This document shows, in pieces, positions 35,258 through 43,769 of a stretch of DNA of 64,000 nucleotides. The notes beneath the pieces were generated by a model. It was not told where the DNA came from and did no database searches. It saw nothing but the letters and a program-made list of their open reading frames with translations. The position numbers and the translations under genes are program-made. How positions within the stretch are numbered: position 1 is the stretch's first letter; every line of letters begins with the position of its first letter. The stretch lies in contig JBBPXX010000005.1 of the NCBI GenBank assembly GCA_038200505.1, positions 11,201-75,200 of the forward strand. The letters run 5' to 3'. This stretch comes from Pyrinomonadales bacterium. Lineage in GTDB: Bacteria; Acidobacteriota; Blastocatellia; Pyrinomonadales; Pyrinomonadaceae.

Positions 35258-37318
35258 TTAATTATCCCTTTTCGGCGGCGCAGCGGGCAAAATGTCACCG
35301 TCGTCGGGAATCGTTAATAAAGGCGTGCGCGGTTTCGGTTTATCCTTAGACGAGTTTGATCGTAAAATCGGCGGAAGTTTCGGCGCGGACGAAGTTTTGA
35401 TGGTCGAAAAAGATTCGGAACGCTTGAGAATCGCGCCGCCGCGCCCGGCAACCCACAGATTCGTGCCGCCGCGATAGACGACTGCCTGCAAAGAATTGGT
35501 CGTAATGTTCGGCTGTGTTTCCCAAGTTTTGCCGCCGTCTGCGGTCAGCAAAACCGCGCCTTTTTCGCCGACGACAATCGCTTCGTCGCGCTTGAAAGCA
35601 GTTATCGCGTAAAGATTCATCTTCAAACCCGATTCCTGATCCTGCCACGTTTCGCCGCCGTCTTCGGTTCGCAAAATCGTGCCGTTTGCGCCGACGGCGT
35701 AGCCGTTTTTTTCGTCGTAAAAATCTAATTTGTACAGATTCTCCTTGAGATTCGTTGTAATGCTTTTCCACGTTTCGCCGCCGTCTTTGGTCAATAAAAT
35801 CGTGCCTTTGTCGCCGACGATGATGCCTGTTTTTTCGCTGACAAATTTTATATCTTCCAACCACGCTCTCGTGCCTGATTCGATTTTTTCCCAATACGCG
35901 CCGCCCGAATTTGTTCGCAAAATCATTCCGTTTGCGCCGACGGCAAACCCGAGTTTATCGCCGAGAAAAAATGTTCCGAGCAAATCTTCCTTGACGTTGG
36001 AAACGCCTTTTCCCCAACTTGCGCCGCCGTTGATTGTCCGCAAAATCGTGCCTTTGTCGCCGACGGCAATGCCGTGTTCCGAATCGGTAAAATCAAAGGC
36101 ATTTAAGTTTTCTTCAACACCCGAATAAACGGGAATCCAATCTTTTCCGCCGTCATTGGTGATCCAAGTTCTACCATGTGAACCGATGGCGATGCCGATG
36201 TTTTCGTCAAATAAAGTAATGTCATTGACATCTTCGCGCCCGCCTTCGCTCAAACGCTGCCAACTGTAACCGCTGTCATCGGTGCGAATTATCAAACCGT
36301 TTTCGCCAACCGCCCAACCCGTGTATTGATCGGCGAAAAACATCGAAACAAGGCGCGGATTTGTCCGCACATTAAACGGCAGCCACGTATTTCCGCCATC
36401 GCCCGTCAGCCAAACCATCCCGCTTGCGTCGGTCATCGAACCCTTTTTTTCGTCCGAAAAACTCAGCGAAAGAAAATCAGCGCGGCTGTAAATGTCTATT
36501 TTATGAAATGTTTCACCCCCGTCTTCGCTTCCGGCAAGACATCCGCCGTAACCGGCGACGACAATTCTTTCCGCCGAAAGGTATGCCGCACTTGCCATCA
36601 AAGCATTGCCGCACGGATTGCTTAATTTCCAAGTTTTTCTGCCGTTTCCGGTGGTTAAAACTGTTCCGTTCGTCCCGACGATAACGCCTCGTTCCGCGTC
36701 GAAAGCCGAAACTTTCAAAAGTTGTTCCCGTGTTCCGCTCGTCTGCGATTTCCACGTCAAACCGCCGTCAATAGTTTTTAAGATATGTCCGTAAGTTCCG
36801 ACTGCCCAGCCAATATTTAAATCATTATCCGCAAAAGTAACACTGTAAAGGTGATTTTTGGTCGGAATTTCAACCTCTTTCCACTCCTTGCCGCCGTTAA
36901 TGGTTGAAATAATCGTGCCTCGCGCCCCGACAATAAAAGCGTTTCGATTGTCTTTAACAAAAACGCCCGAAAAAATGGTGTCAACCGGCGAGAATTGTTT
37001 TTGCCAATTAAAACCGCCGTCCGTAGTAGATAAAATCGTGCTGTCTGCGCCGACGGCGAAACCTGTTTCCTTGTCCTTGGCAAAATGAATCGCATACAGC
37101 GGATTGCCCTGCGGAAGCGGATTTTGCCAAATCCAGCCGAGTGAATTTCTTTTCTGTGCGGAAACATTTTGAGTCGGAAGTCCAAACTCCAAAGTCCAAA
37201 GTCCACAGAAAATCAACGCCGCCGCGCAAAATGAAGTGAAAAAACGGAAAATGGAAAACGGAAGAACTTTTCTCCGTTTTTCAGCTTTAATTTTTCGTTT
37301 TCCGTTTTCCATTTTCAA
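35258..37318 (-). CDS. BNR/Ycf48-like beta-propeller repeat protein, secreted
   Basis: Many S/T-x-D-G-G-x-T-W repeats (TDGGETW, TNDGGKDW and similar). The 5' end is uncertain because the first ~25 codons coincide with a terminator-like hairpin. Confidence 0.75.
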   Translation of the reverse strand: MKMENGKRKIKAEKRRKVLPFSIFRFFTSFCAAALIFCGLWTLEFGLPTQNVSAQKRNSLGWIWQNPLPQGNPLYAIHFAKDKETGFAVGADSTILSTTDGGFNWQKQFSPVDTIFSGVFVKDNRNAFIVGARGTIISTINGGKEWKEVEIPTKNHLYSVTFADNDLNIGWAVGTYGHILKTIDGGLTWKSQTSGTREQLLKVSAFDAERGVIVGTNGTVLTTGNGRKTWKLSNPCGNALMASAAYLSAERIVVAGYGGCLAGSEDGGETFHKIDIYSRADFLSLSFSDEKKGSMTDASGMVWLTGDGGNTWLPFNVRTNPRLVSMFFADQYTGWAVGENGLIIRTDDSGYSWQRLSEGGREDVNDITLFDENIGIAIGSHGRTWITNDGGKDWIPVYSGVEENLNAFDFTDSEHGIAVGDKGTILRTINGGASWGKGVSNVKEDLLGTFFLGDKLGFAVGANGMILRTNSGGAYWEKIESGTRAWLEDIKFVSEKTGIIVGDKGTILLTKDGGETWKSITTNLKENLYKLDFYDEKNGYAVGANGTILRTEDGGETWQDQESGLKMNLYAITAFKRDEAIVVGEKGAVLLTADGGKTWETQPNITTNSLQAVVYRGGTNLWVAGRGGAILKRSESFSTIKTSSAPKLPPILRSNSSKDKPKPRTPLLTIPDDGDILPAAPPKRDN
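37247..37316. repeat. perfect 17-bp inverted repeat (GGAAAA words) at the rnhA stop
   Basis: GAAAATGGAAAACGGAA at 37247..37263 pairs with TTCCGTTTTCCATTTTC at 37300..37316. On the minus strand it is followed by TTTTTT. Confidence 0.75.
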
Positions 37319-37773
37319 ATTTCTAAAACTCCAATGTCTGCAACAGCTTCGTCTAAAATCGTTTCGTCAACCCTTCCGAGTTCAGCCATTGTTCGCGCCA
37401 TTTTATCGGCGACTTCCTGAACTTCGTGTCCGGCGTGTCCTTTTACCCATTCCCATTTTATTTGATGTCTTTTGGCGGATTTTTCCAGTTTTTCCCACCA
37501 ATCAAGATTGGTTTTTTTACGAAAATTTCCCATCATCGTCTGCACGACGTAGCGCGAATCGCTTAAAAGCCTGACTTTGCAAGGCTCGCTCAAACTTTTC
37601 AGCCCAATCCAAGCTGCCGCGATTTCCGCCTGTTGATTTGTCGCATTGCCGAGATATTCGCCAAATGCCCGCCAATAACCGCGATAACCAAGCACGGCAA
37701 CTGCCGCCGCCCGCGTTGTACCTTTGCCGTTTCCAAGACTCGAACCGTCGCAAACGATTGTAACTTCTTTCAT
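37315..37773 (-). CDS. rnhA: ribonuclease HI
   Basis: CDGSSLGNG ... QQAEI ... SDS.YV ... W.W.KGHAGH pattern. Confidence 0.9.
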   Translation of the reverse strand: MKEVTIVCDGSSLGNGKGTTRAAAVAVLGYRGYWRAFGEYLGNATNQQAEIAAAWIGLKSLSEPCKVRLLSDSRYVVQTMMGNFRKKTNLDWWEKLEKSAKRHQIKWEWVKGHAGHEVQEVADKMARTMAELGRVDETILDEAVADIGVLEI

Positions 37774-37868
37774 AAAACAATAATCGGCAATTTCATTTGA
37801 ATTAAATTCTGAAAAGTAAATAATTTACCGTCAGCGCAGACTGTATCTTTTCGATTGATGATTAACAG

Positions 37869-38486
37869 TTAAAAATCTTCTATTTCGCCTAAATCCAACT
37901 GCTCCAAAACCATCTGCGCGTCTTGATTTTCAAACTCGAAGGCTTGCTGTTCAATTACAATATGCGCGATTTCGTGATAAATCGGATCATCTAGCAAAGG
38001 CAGAATTTTGGAAACGGGTAGAATCGCCAGAGTTTCAAAAGCGACGGCACGAATCTGCGCCATATTTGTTTGTCTGATAATTTCCGCGATTTCGGCGGCT
38101 GAAAATCGTTTGAGCAAAACATCGGCTAAAGCGTCGAATTTATTAAAATCATTGAGAGCCAATATCCGTTCTGCAAGTTGTATAAAAATTTCGGCTGATT
38201 CTGTTTGAGACTGTAAAACCGCCGAACAGGTTTCCGCCAACTGCTTTATTTCGCCTGCTTTTTCCGCGCTTTCTTTTACTTCCGCGTCTTTCGCCTGCTC
38301 ATCCAAAGCGGAAAGCAGACGGCTAAGTTCCCAATCGGCGTGAGCGTCGTAAGAAAATTTTTTTGTCGGTGCGGGCGGTTGGGTTTCGGGATTTGCCTGC
38401 CACACACCAACCAGCATTTTTTTTGTCATCGGGCGCAAGCCTTCCCAAACACTGTTGACCCGCGCACCTAAATCTTTAATCGTCAT
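37869..38486 (-). CDS. hypothetical protein, 205 aa
   Basis: Clean ORF. No motif recognised. Confidence 0.5.
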   Translation of the reverse strand: MTIKDLGARVNSVWEGLRPMTKKMLVGVWQANPETQPPAPTKKFSYDAHADWELSRLLSALDEQAKDAEVKESAEKAGEIKQLAETCSAVLQSQTESAEIFIQLAERILALNDFNKFDALADVLLKRFSAAEIAEIIRQTNMAQIRAVAFETLAILPVSKILPLLDDPIYHEIAHIVIEQQAFEFENQDAQMVLEQLDLGEIEDF

Positions 38487-38570
38487 CTTTATAAAAATCA
38501 GTTTGCAACAAATGCAAAACTTTGTAAATCGAAAATTAACGGCAAATTTTCGATTAGTCTGCTTCGATGC

Positions 38571-38891
38571 TCATTTTTCCATTCGCGTTTGCATTTCTTG
38601 TCTGGTTTCTTCACGAATTTCTTCGTCATCTTCGTCATCAAACATTTCGAACAGCGCAAACGGATTTTCACTCAAACGCCGCAATTCCCACGCTTCGCCG
38701 CCTTTTGCCGAAGTGCGGAAAAACCAAACCGCATCTATTTTTGATTCAATTATTTTCGCATCGCCGAAAATTTTTTCAACTGAAGCCGACAACATTTTCT
38801 TAGTCGGCACAGAAAGCAAAACACGGCTTAAATTCCAGCCGTGCTTTTTATATTGCGTCAAGATTTCCTGAATCTGGTCTGCATCAATCAT
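38571..38891 (-). CDS. hypothetical protein with acidic C-terminal tail, 106 aa
   Basis: There is a 4-nt overlap with the upstream lipoprotein gene. No motif recognised. Confidence 0.5.
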   Translation of the reverse strand: MIDADQIQEILTQYKKHGWNLSRVLLSVPTKKMLSASVEKIFGDAKIIESKIDAVWFFRTSAKGGEAWELRRLSENPFALFEMFDDEDDEEIREETRQEMQTRMEK

Positions 38892-39490
38892 TTTTTCGGT
38901 TTATCGGCAGGCGGAATTTGAGTCATTTTGTTCATATTTGCCGAATTGGAATTCGGCGCGGTCATCATCATATTATTGTTTCCAGAAGCCTTTCGTTCGA
39001 GTTCCGCTTCTCCGTCGCCCGGCGATTTGTAAGTATCTTGGAGAATATCGCCGACGGCGAGTTTCCAACTTCCGTCTTCATAGACAAAAGGCAAATCTTC
39101 CCAGCGGTTTTCTTGTGAATTATAAACTTCCAATGCGCCGAACTTATCTTTTATTCGTTCGTCACGAATTTCGGGGAAAGTCGGCGAAAAAGTCGTTCCG
39201 GTAAAGCCGTTTTCGAGAATATCGTCAACCTGTTTTTTCTGCTGCGCGGCGGAAAATTCAGCCAAACCAATCGAACTTTTCGATACCAATTGTTTGATTT
39301 TATCTTTGTCCTTTGCTTTAACGGCGGCGTAAAGCATTTTATACGCTTCAGTCGGCGAACCCGTTTTGACGGTTTCCGTCGGCAGTGTCGCGTTTTTTTC
39401 CGCCGCTTGTTTTTGACACGCAAAACTTAAAAATGCCAAAACAAAAAACAAATTGACGGTGATAATTTTATTATAAATACTTAATTTCAT
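38888..39490 (-). CDS. putative lipoprotein, 200 aa
   Basis: Signal peptide ending in a lipobox-like LSFAC. Confidence 0.55.
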   Translation of the reverse strand: MKLSIYNKIITVNLFFVLAFLSFACQKQAAEKNATLPTETVKTGSPTEAYKMLYAAVKAKDKDKIKQLVSKSSIGLAEFSAAQQKKQVDDILENGFTGTTFSPTFPEIRDERIKDKFGALEVYNSQENRWEDLPFVYEDGSWKLAVGDILQDTYKSPGDGEAELERKASGNNNMMMTAPNSNSANMNKMTQIPPADKPKK

Positions 39491-39839
39491 TCATTTACTC
39501 CAAATCTTCGGATTATTTAGTGAAGTATAGTTAGTGTTGCTGAAAAAGTAAATTTTGGACGCGGATATAATGAAGTAATGCAGAATATTTTATTTCTTGG
39601 AATAAATAAATGCGAACGATTTAGCATTCGTAGTTTGGTGATGACGGAAATGCAGTTTAGAATTTGACTGATAAAAATAATCAAAATTCAATTTAGAAGA
39701 TAAAATTTTACCGATTCAATAAGTCAGTTTTGTCAAAAGCCGTATAGACATTGATTATTTGCAACAAAATAAATTATTCTGACGTAGATTTTATAAAGTG
39801 TGAAACAAAATCCGACATTTTGAAAACCGAAGCGCAAAG

Positions 39840-40646
39840 ATGCAGAAAAAAATTCTAATTGTTGATGACCACGACGACCTGAAAACTGTTTTGACAGAAG
39901 TTTTCAGCAAAATCGGTTATTCGGTAAAATCAACGGCGAGCCGCAAGGAAGCCGTCGAACTCGATAAATCGAATGAATATGATTTGGTTATTACTGATCT
40001 CGACGGCGATAAAGCCTTTCCGAAGGAAGATGCCGACGACGACGACACTTGTCTGCCAACGGAAAATGCCGGTGATTTTGACCGCAGTTTTGTCAAAGCT
40101 TTTAAGATTTGCGCGACTAATTTCAAACGCGAAAATTTCGACGAAACCGAACTCAAAAATCTTTTTGAAACCATTCTCAATTACAAAATCCAATTTGTAG
40201 ATAAAACCAACGCCGTCAAATATATTCGTGAAAAAATCGAATTTGAATTTCCGAGCGCGATTTCCTTAATGCACAGCATTTTGGATTATTTAATGAAGCG
40301 CGTCGAAAAAAACGGCATCGTTGATGCTGAAAACTCCAATCTTTTCATTGCTTTGGACGAAGCCTTCGTCAATGCCATTAAACACGGCAACAAATTTGAC
40401 GCAAACAAAATCGTCCGCATTTCAGCCGAAGTTTCGCCAACCGAGGCGCGTTTCACCATCGAAGACGAAGGCGAAGGTTTCAATGTGAGCGAAATTCCCG
40501 ACCCGACAAATCCTGAAAATCTTTTCAAAACGTCCGGGCGCGGCGTTCTGATTATCCACAATATAATGGACGAAGTTTCTTACAATGAACGCGGCAATCG
40601 TTTAACAATGGTCAAAAGAAACGAAACAAAAAAAGAAGAAGTTTAA
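39840..40646 (+). CDS. receiver domain fused to an RsbW/SpoIIAB-like HATPase (anti-sigma-factor-type kinase) domain
   Basis: N-terminal REC-like ILIVDDHDD...DLVITDLDGD. The C-terminal part has the N-box NAIKHGN and the G-box GRGVLII. Confidence 0.68.
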   Translation: MQKKILIVDDHDDLKTVLTEVFSKIGYSVKSTASRKEAVELDKSNEYDLVITDLDGDKAFPKEDADDDDTCLPTENAGDFDRSFVKAFKICATNFKRENFDETELKNLFETILNYKIQFVDKTNAVKYIREKIEFEFPSAISLMHSILDYLMKRVEKNGIVDAENSNLFIALDEAFVNAIKHGNKFDANKIVRISAEVSPTEARFTIEDEGEGFNVSEIPDPTNPENLFKTSGRGVLIIHNIMDEVSYNERGNRLTMVKRNETKKEEV

Positions 40647-40653
40647 GAAAATC

Positions 40654-41262
40654 TCATTTTATTTTGTCCAATTCGGCTCTAATCTCTTCATTTGTCGGGC
40701 GATATTTATAGTCCGATTCAACTTTCGACCACAAAACTTTGCGGTTTTTGTCTAAAACATAAACCGCCGGATGCGGAATTCCTTCGACACCTTTGCCGAT
40801 ATAAACCGGATCGAAAAGTCCGTAAGCGTCAATCGTTTGATGGTTCGGATCGGAAAGCAACGGAAATCCTACTTTGCCGCCGTCTTTTGAAATTTTTTCT
40901 ATCAATCCCAGACTTTTTTCCGCCGGATCAATGCTGACCGCATAAAGCGAAACCTTCTCGCCGTCCTTTAATAAACTGCGTAATTCGGCTAACTGCCGAC
41001 CGCAGTATGGTCACCAATAACCGCGATAAAAAACGAGAACCACGGGATTTTTTGCTTCGGAAAGCGTAACTTTCTTGCCGTTTTGGTCAAACAAACTAAA
41101 ATCCGGCGCAACTTCGCCGACTTTTAGCGGCTCGGTTTTGTTTCTCTGTATTTTTACAGACTCGGCTTTTTTATTTTCCGGTTTGTCTTTCAACGGTTGT
41201 TTCTGGGCGAAAACGGCAAAACTAAAGATCAAAATCGCCGCCGTTAATAAAATTGTTTTCAT
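40654..41262 (-). CDS. secreted redoxin/peroxiredoxin-like thiol-disulfide oxidoreductase with in-frame TGA (candidate selenocysteine) at 41011..41013
   Basis: Signal peptide MKTILLTAAILIFSFAVFAQ followed by a thioredoxin-fold FYRGYW-TGA-PYC. Both tracked ORF pieces are in one frame with no other stop. Confidence 0.6.
40976..41005 (-). promoter_or_regulatory. SECIS-like hairpin 3' of the in-frame UGA
   Basis: The mRNA folds as CUGCG-G-UCGGC-AGUUA-GCCGA-AUUA-CGCAG. That gives two 5-bp helices and an apical loop containing GU about 20 nt after the UGA. Confidence 0.5.
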
Positions 41263-41352
41263 ATTTTCCTGTCTTGGAAGATTTTCAATAAAATATTCGT
41301 TCGCTTTGGTTTTATTCCGAAAACGGATTAAATTATTCTTTGAGTATAACCT

Positions 41353-43014
41353 ATGAAAGTTACAATCGGACAAATTAACACGACCAACGGCGATTTTGAG
41401 GGAAATGTCGCTAAAATTCTGAACGCAATCGAAAAAGCCAAACAAGACGATTCGAATTTGCTTGTTTTCCCCGAAGTCGTCATTCACGGCTATACTTCGC
41501 AGGATTGGTTTCTGGATAAGGACATTATCGAAAAAGCCGACGAACATCTGCAAAAAATCGTTGATGCGTCAAAAGGTTTGACCGTTATCGTCGGCACGAT
41601 TCGGCGTAATGAAGAAACCGACGGGCGCAGACTTTTTAATTCAGCGGCGGTGATGCACGACGGCAAATTGCTCGGATTTGCCGATAAAACCTTGCTGCCG
41701 GAATATGATGTTTTTGATGATCCGCGTTATTTTGAACCTTCGGAAACGCGCAGTATGTTTGAAATCGGCGGACAAAAAATCGGTGTCGTCGTTTGCGAAG
41801 ATTTTTGGAACGACAAAACTTTTTGGAAACAAAGACTTTATGACGTTGATCCGGCGGAAGAACTGATTATGCGCGGCGCGGATTTGATTGTCGCCATCAA
41901 CGCTTCGCCTTATAACAAAGGCAAAATAAAACTGCGCTGCGATATGGTCGCTCATCGTGCGCGGGAACAAAAAAAGCCAATTATTTTTGTCAATCTTGTC
42001 GGCGGAAACGACGGAATTATCTTCGACGGCGCGAGTTTAATTGCCGACGAAGAAGGCGACATAATTTTGCAGGCGGCGGCATTTGAAGAATTTGTCGAAA
42101 CTGTTGAATTGGATGTTCGCAAACCCGATTCACGCGGAATTACGGGCGGCGAACTCGAAGCGATTCGGCAGGCATTGGTTTTGGGAATCAAAGATTACGC
42201 GCACAAAAACCGTTTTACAAAAGCCGTTCTCGGTCTTTCCGGCGGAATTGATTCGGCGATTGTCGCAATTTTGGCGAGCGAAGCATTAGGCGCGGAAAAT
42301 GTTTTGGCAGTGATGATGCCATCGCCGTTTTCGTCGGAAGGAAGCATTAAACATTCGGAAACATTGATCGGAAATCTCGGTTGTGATTCTCGTATTGAGC
42401 CGATTTCAGATGCTTTTGAAGTTTTGCTCAAACAGTTAAATCTTCATAAACCGACGCACGGCGGCGAAAATCTGGCGGCGGAAAATATGCAATCGCGTCT
42501 GCGCGGCGTGATTTTAATGACGATTTCCAACGCCGAAGGTCGCCTTGTTTTGGCAACCGGCAACAAAAGCGAACTTGCCGTCGGTTACTGCACGCTTTAC
42601 GGCGATACGAACGGCGGTTTGGCGGTCATCGGCGATGTTTTAAAGACAGAAGTCTATGCACTTTCGCGGCACATCAACGAAAGCGCAAAACGTGAAATAA
42701 TTCCGATTGAAATTATTGAAAAAGCTCCGTCCGCCGAACTTGCGCCGAATCAATTTGACCAAGACTCGCTGCCGCCTTATGAATTGATGGACCCGATTTT
42801 GAAACTCTATTTTGAAGACAAATTTTCTCCCGAAGAGATCATCGCCGAAGGACATAACTCCGAATTGGTTTATAATCTATTGAACAAAGTCGAATCCCCG
42901 GCAAACGAATTCAAACGCCGACAGCTTCCGCCGACGCTGATAATTTCCAAAAACGCCATCGGTGTCGGACGCAGACGACCTGTAACGCACAAATATCGGA
43001 GAACTCCAAAATAA
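41353..43014 (+). CDS. nadE: glutamine-dependent NAD+ synthetase
   Basis: N-terminal CN-hydrolase domain and a C-terminal synthetase domain with GLSGGIDSA. Length is 553 aa. Confidence 0.92.
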   Translation: MKVTIGQINTTNGDFEGNVAKILNAIEKAKQDDSNLLVFPEVVIHGYTSQDWFLDKDIIEKADEHLQKIVDASKGLTVIVGTIRRNEETDGRRLFNSAAVMHDGKLLGFADKTLLPEYDVFDDPRYFEPSETRSMFEIGGQKIGVVVCEDFWNDKTFWKQRLYDVDPAEELIMRGADLIVAINASPYNKGKIKLRCDMVAHRAREQKKPIIFVNLVGGNDGIIFDGASLIADEEGDIILQAAAFEEFVETVELDVRKPDSRGITGGELEAIRQALVLGIKDYAHKNRFTKAVLGLSGGIDSAIVAILASEALGAENVLAVMMPSPFSSEGSIKHSETLIGNLGCDSRIEPISDAFEVLLKQLNLHKPTHGGENLAAENMQSRLRGVILMTISNAEGRLVLATGNKSELAVGYCTLYGDTNGGLAVIGDVLKTEVYALSRHINESAKREIIPIEIIEKAPSAELAPNQFDQDSLPPYELMDPILKLYFEDKFSPEEIIAEGHNSELVYNLLNKVESPANEFKRRQLPPTLIISKNAIGVGRRRPVTHKYRRTPK

Positions 43015-43015
43015 A

Positions 43016-43633
43016 ATGAAAATCGGCATTTTAATTTCAGGACGCGGCTCGAATATGTCGGCGATTGTCGAAGCCGTGCAAAGCGGTTTTATTCCCGATT
43101 CGGAAGTTGCGGTTATTATTAGCGACAAAGCGGACGCGCAAGGTTTGGAAAAGGCTAAATTGCGCGGCATTGAAACTCTCATTGTCGAAAAAAACGGACG
43201 CAAACGCGCCGAACACGATGCGGAAATTGTCGCCGAATTGCAAAAGCGAAATGTCGATTTAGTTTGTCTTGCCGGTTATATGCGGCTTTTGTCAAAAGAA
43301 TTTATTCGAGCATTTCCGAATAAGATCATCAACATTCATCCGAGTTTATTGCCGAGTTTTAAAGGTTTGGACGCTCAGAAACAAGCGATTGATTACGGTG
43401 TAAAAGTTTCCGGCTGCACGGTTCATTTTGTTGACGAAGACCTCGACCACGGCGCGATAATCGCGCAAAAGGTCGCTGAAGTAAAAGACGACGACACGCC
43501 TGAAACTTTATCGGCAAGAATTTTGGAATACGAACACGCGCTTTATATTGAAGCGATAAAATATATTGTCGCAGGCAAATATCAAATCAGCGGACGAAAG
43601 GTTTTTGTAAAAGAAATTGAAAATACCTATTAA
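43016..43633 (+). CDS. purN: phosphoribosylglycinamide formyltransferase
   Basis: NIHPSLLPSFKG and the VHFVDEDLDHG motif. Confidence 0.92.
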   Translation: MKIGILISGRGSNMSAIVEAVQSGFIPDSEVAVIISDKADAQGLEKAKLRGIETLIVEKNGRKRAEHDAEIVAELQKRNVDLVCLAGYMRLLSKEFIRAFPNKIINIHPSLLPSFKGLDAQKQAIDYGVKVSGCTVHFVDEDLDHGAIIAQKVAEVKDDDTPETLSARILEYEHALYIEAIKYIVAGKYQISGRKVFVKEIENTY

Positions 43634-43645
43634 AATCTGTTTTTA

Positions 43646-43726
43646 TTGTCCACGAAACACACTAAAAAAAGACGAAAAGATGAAGAATTTTTATTTTCGT
43701 TTAGTTCGTGTATTTCGCGGGCAAAA
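43646..43726. repeat. hairpin element with TTGTCCACGAAACACAC ... CGTGTATTTCGCGGGCAAAA termini
   Basis: Imperfect long inverted repeat between convergent purN and the MFS gene. Its termini are shared with the elements at 56671 and 57317. Confidence 0.6.
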
Positions 43727-43769
43727 TTTTGAGTTTTCAAACAACTTCCGAGAGAGTAGCTTTCAAGAT

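Noticed and set aside
35346-35894. Long antisense or alternative-frame ORFs inside strongly supported genes (also 45296..45931, 27813..28397, 46768..47265, 44683..45129, 36817..37206)
   Set aside because: They fully overlap genes with clear family motifs on the other strand or in another frame. Their translations are Arg/Ser/Pro-rich low-complexity strings typical of shadow ORFs.
41263-41553. 5' extensions of tracked ORFs (41011..41553, and also 2451..3233, 28762..29598, 43770..45338, 56785..57393, 31625..32194, 62803..62865)
   Set aside because: The extensions overlap neighbouring genes or hairpin repeats and lack an RBS. Internal ATGs with an RBS and family-typical N-termini give the expected protein lengths.
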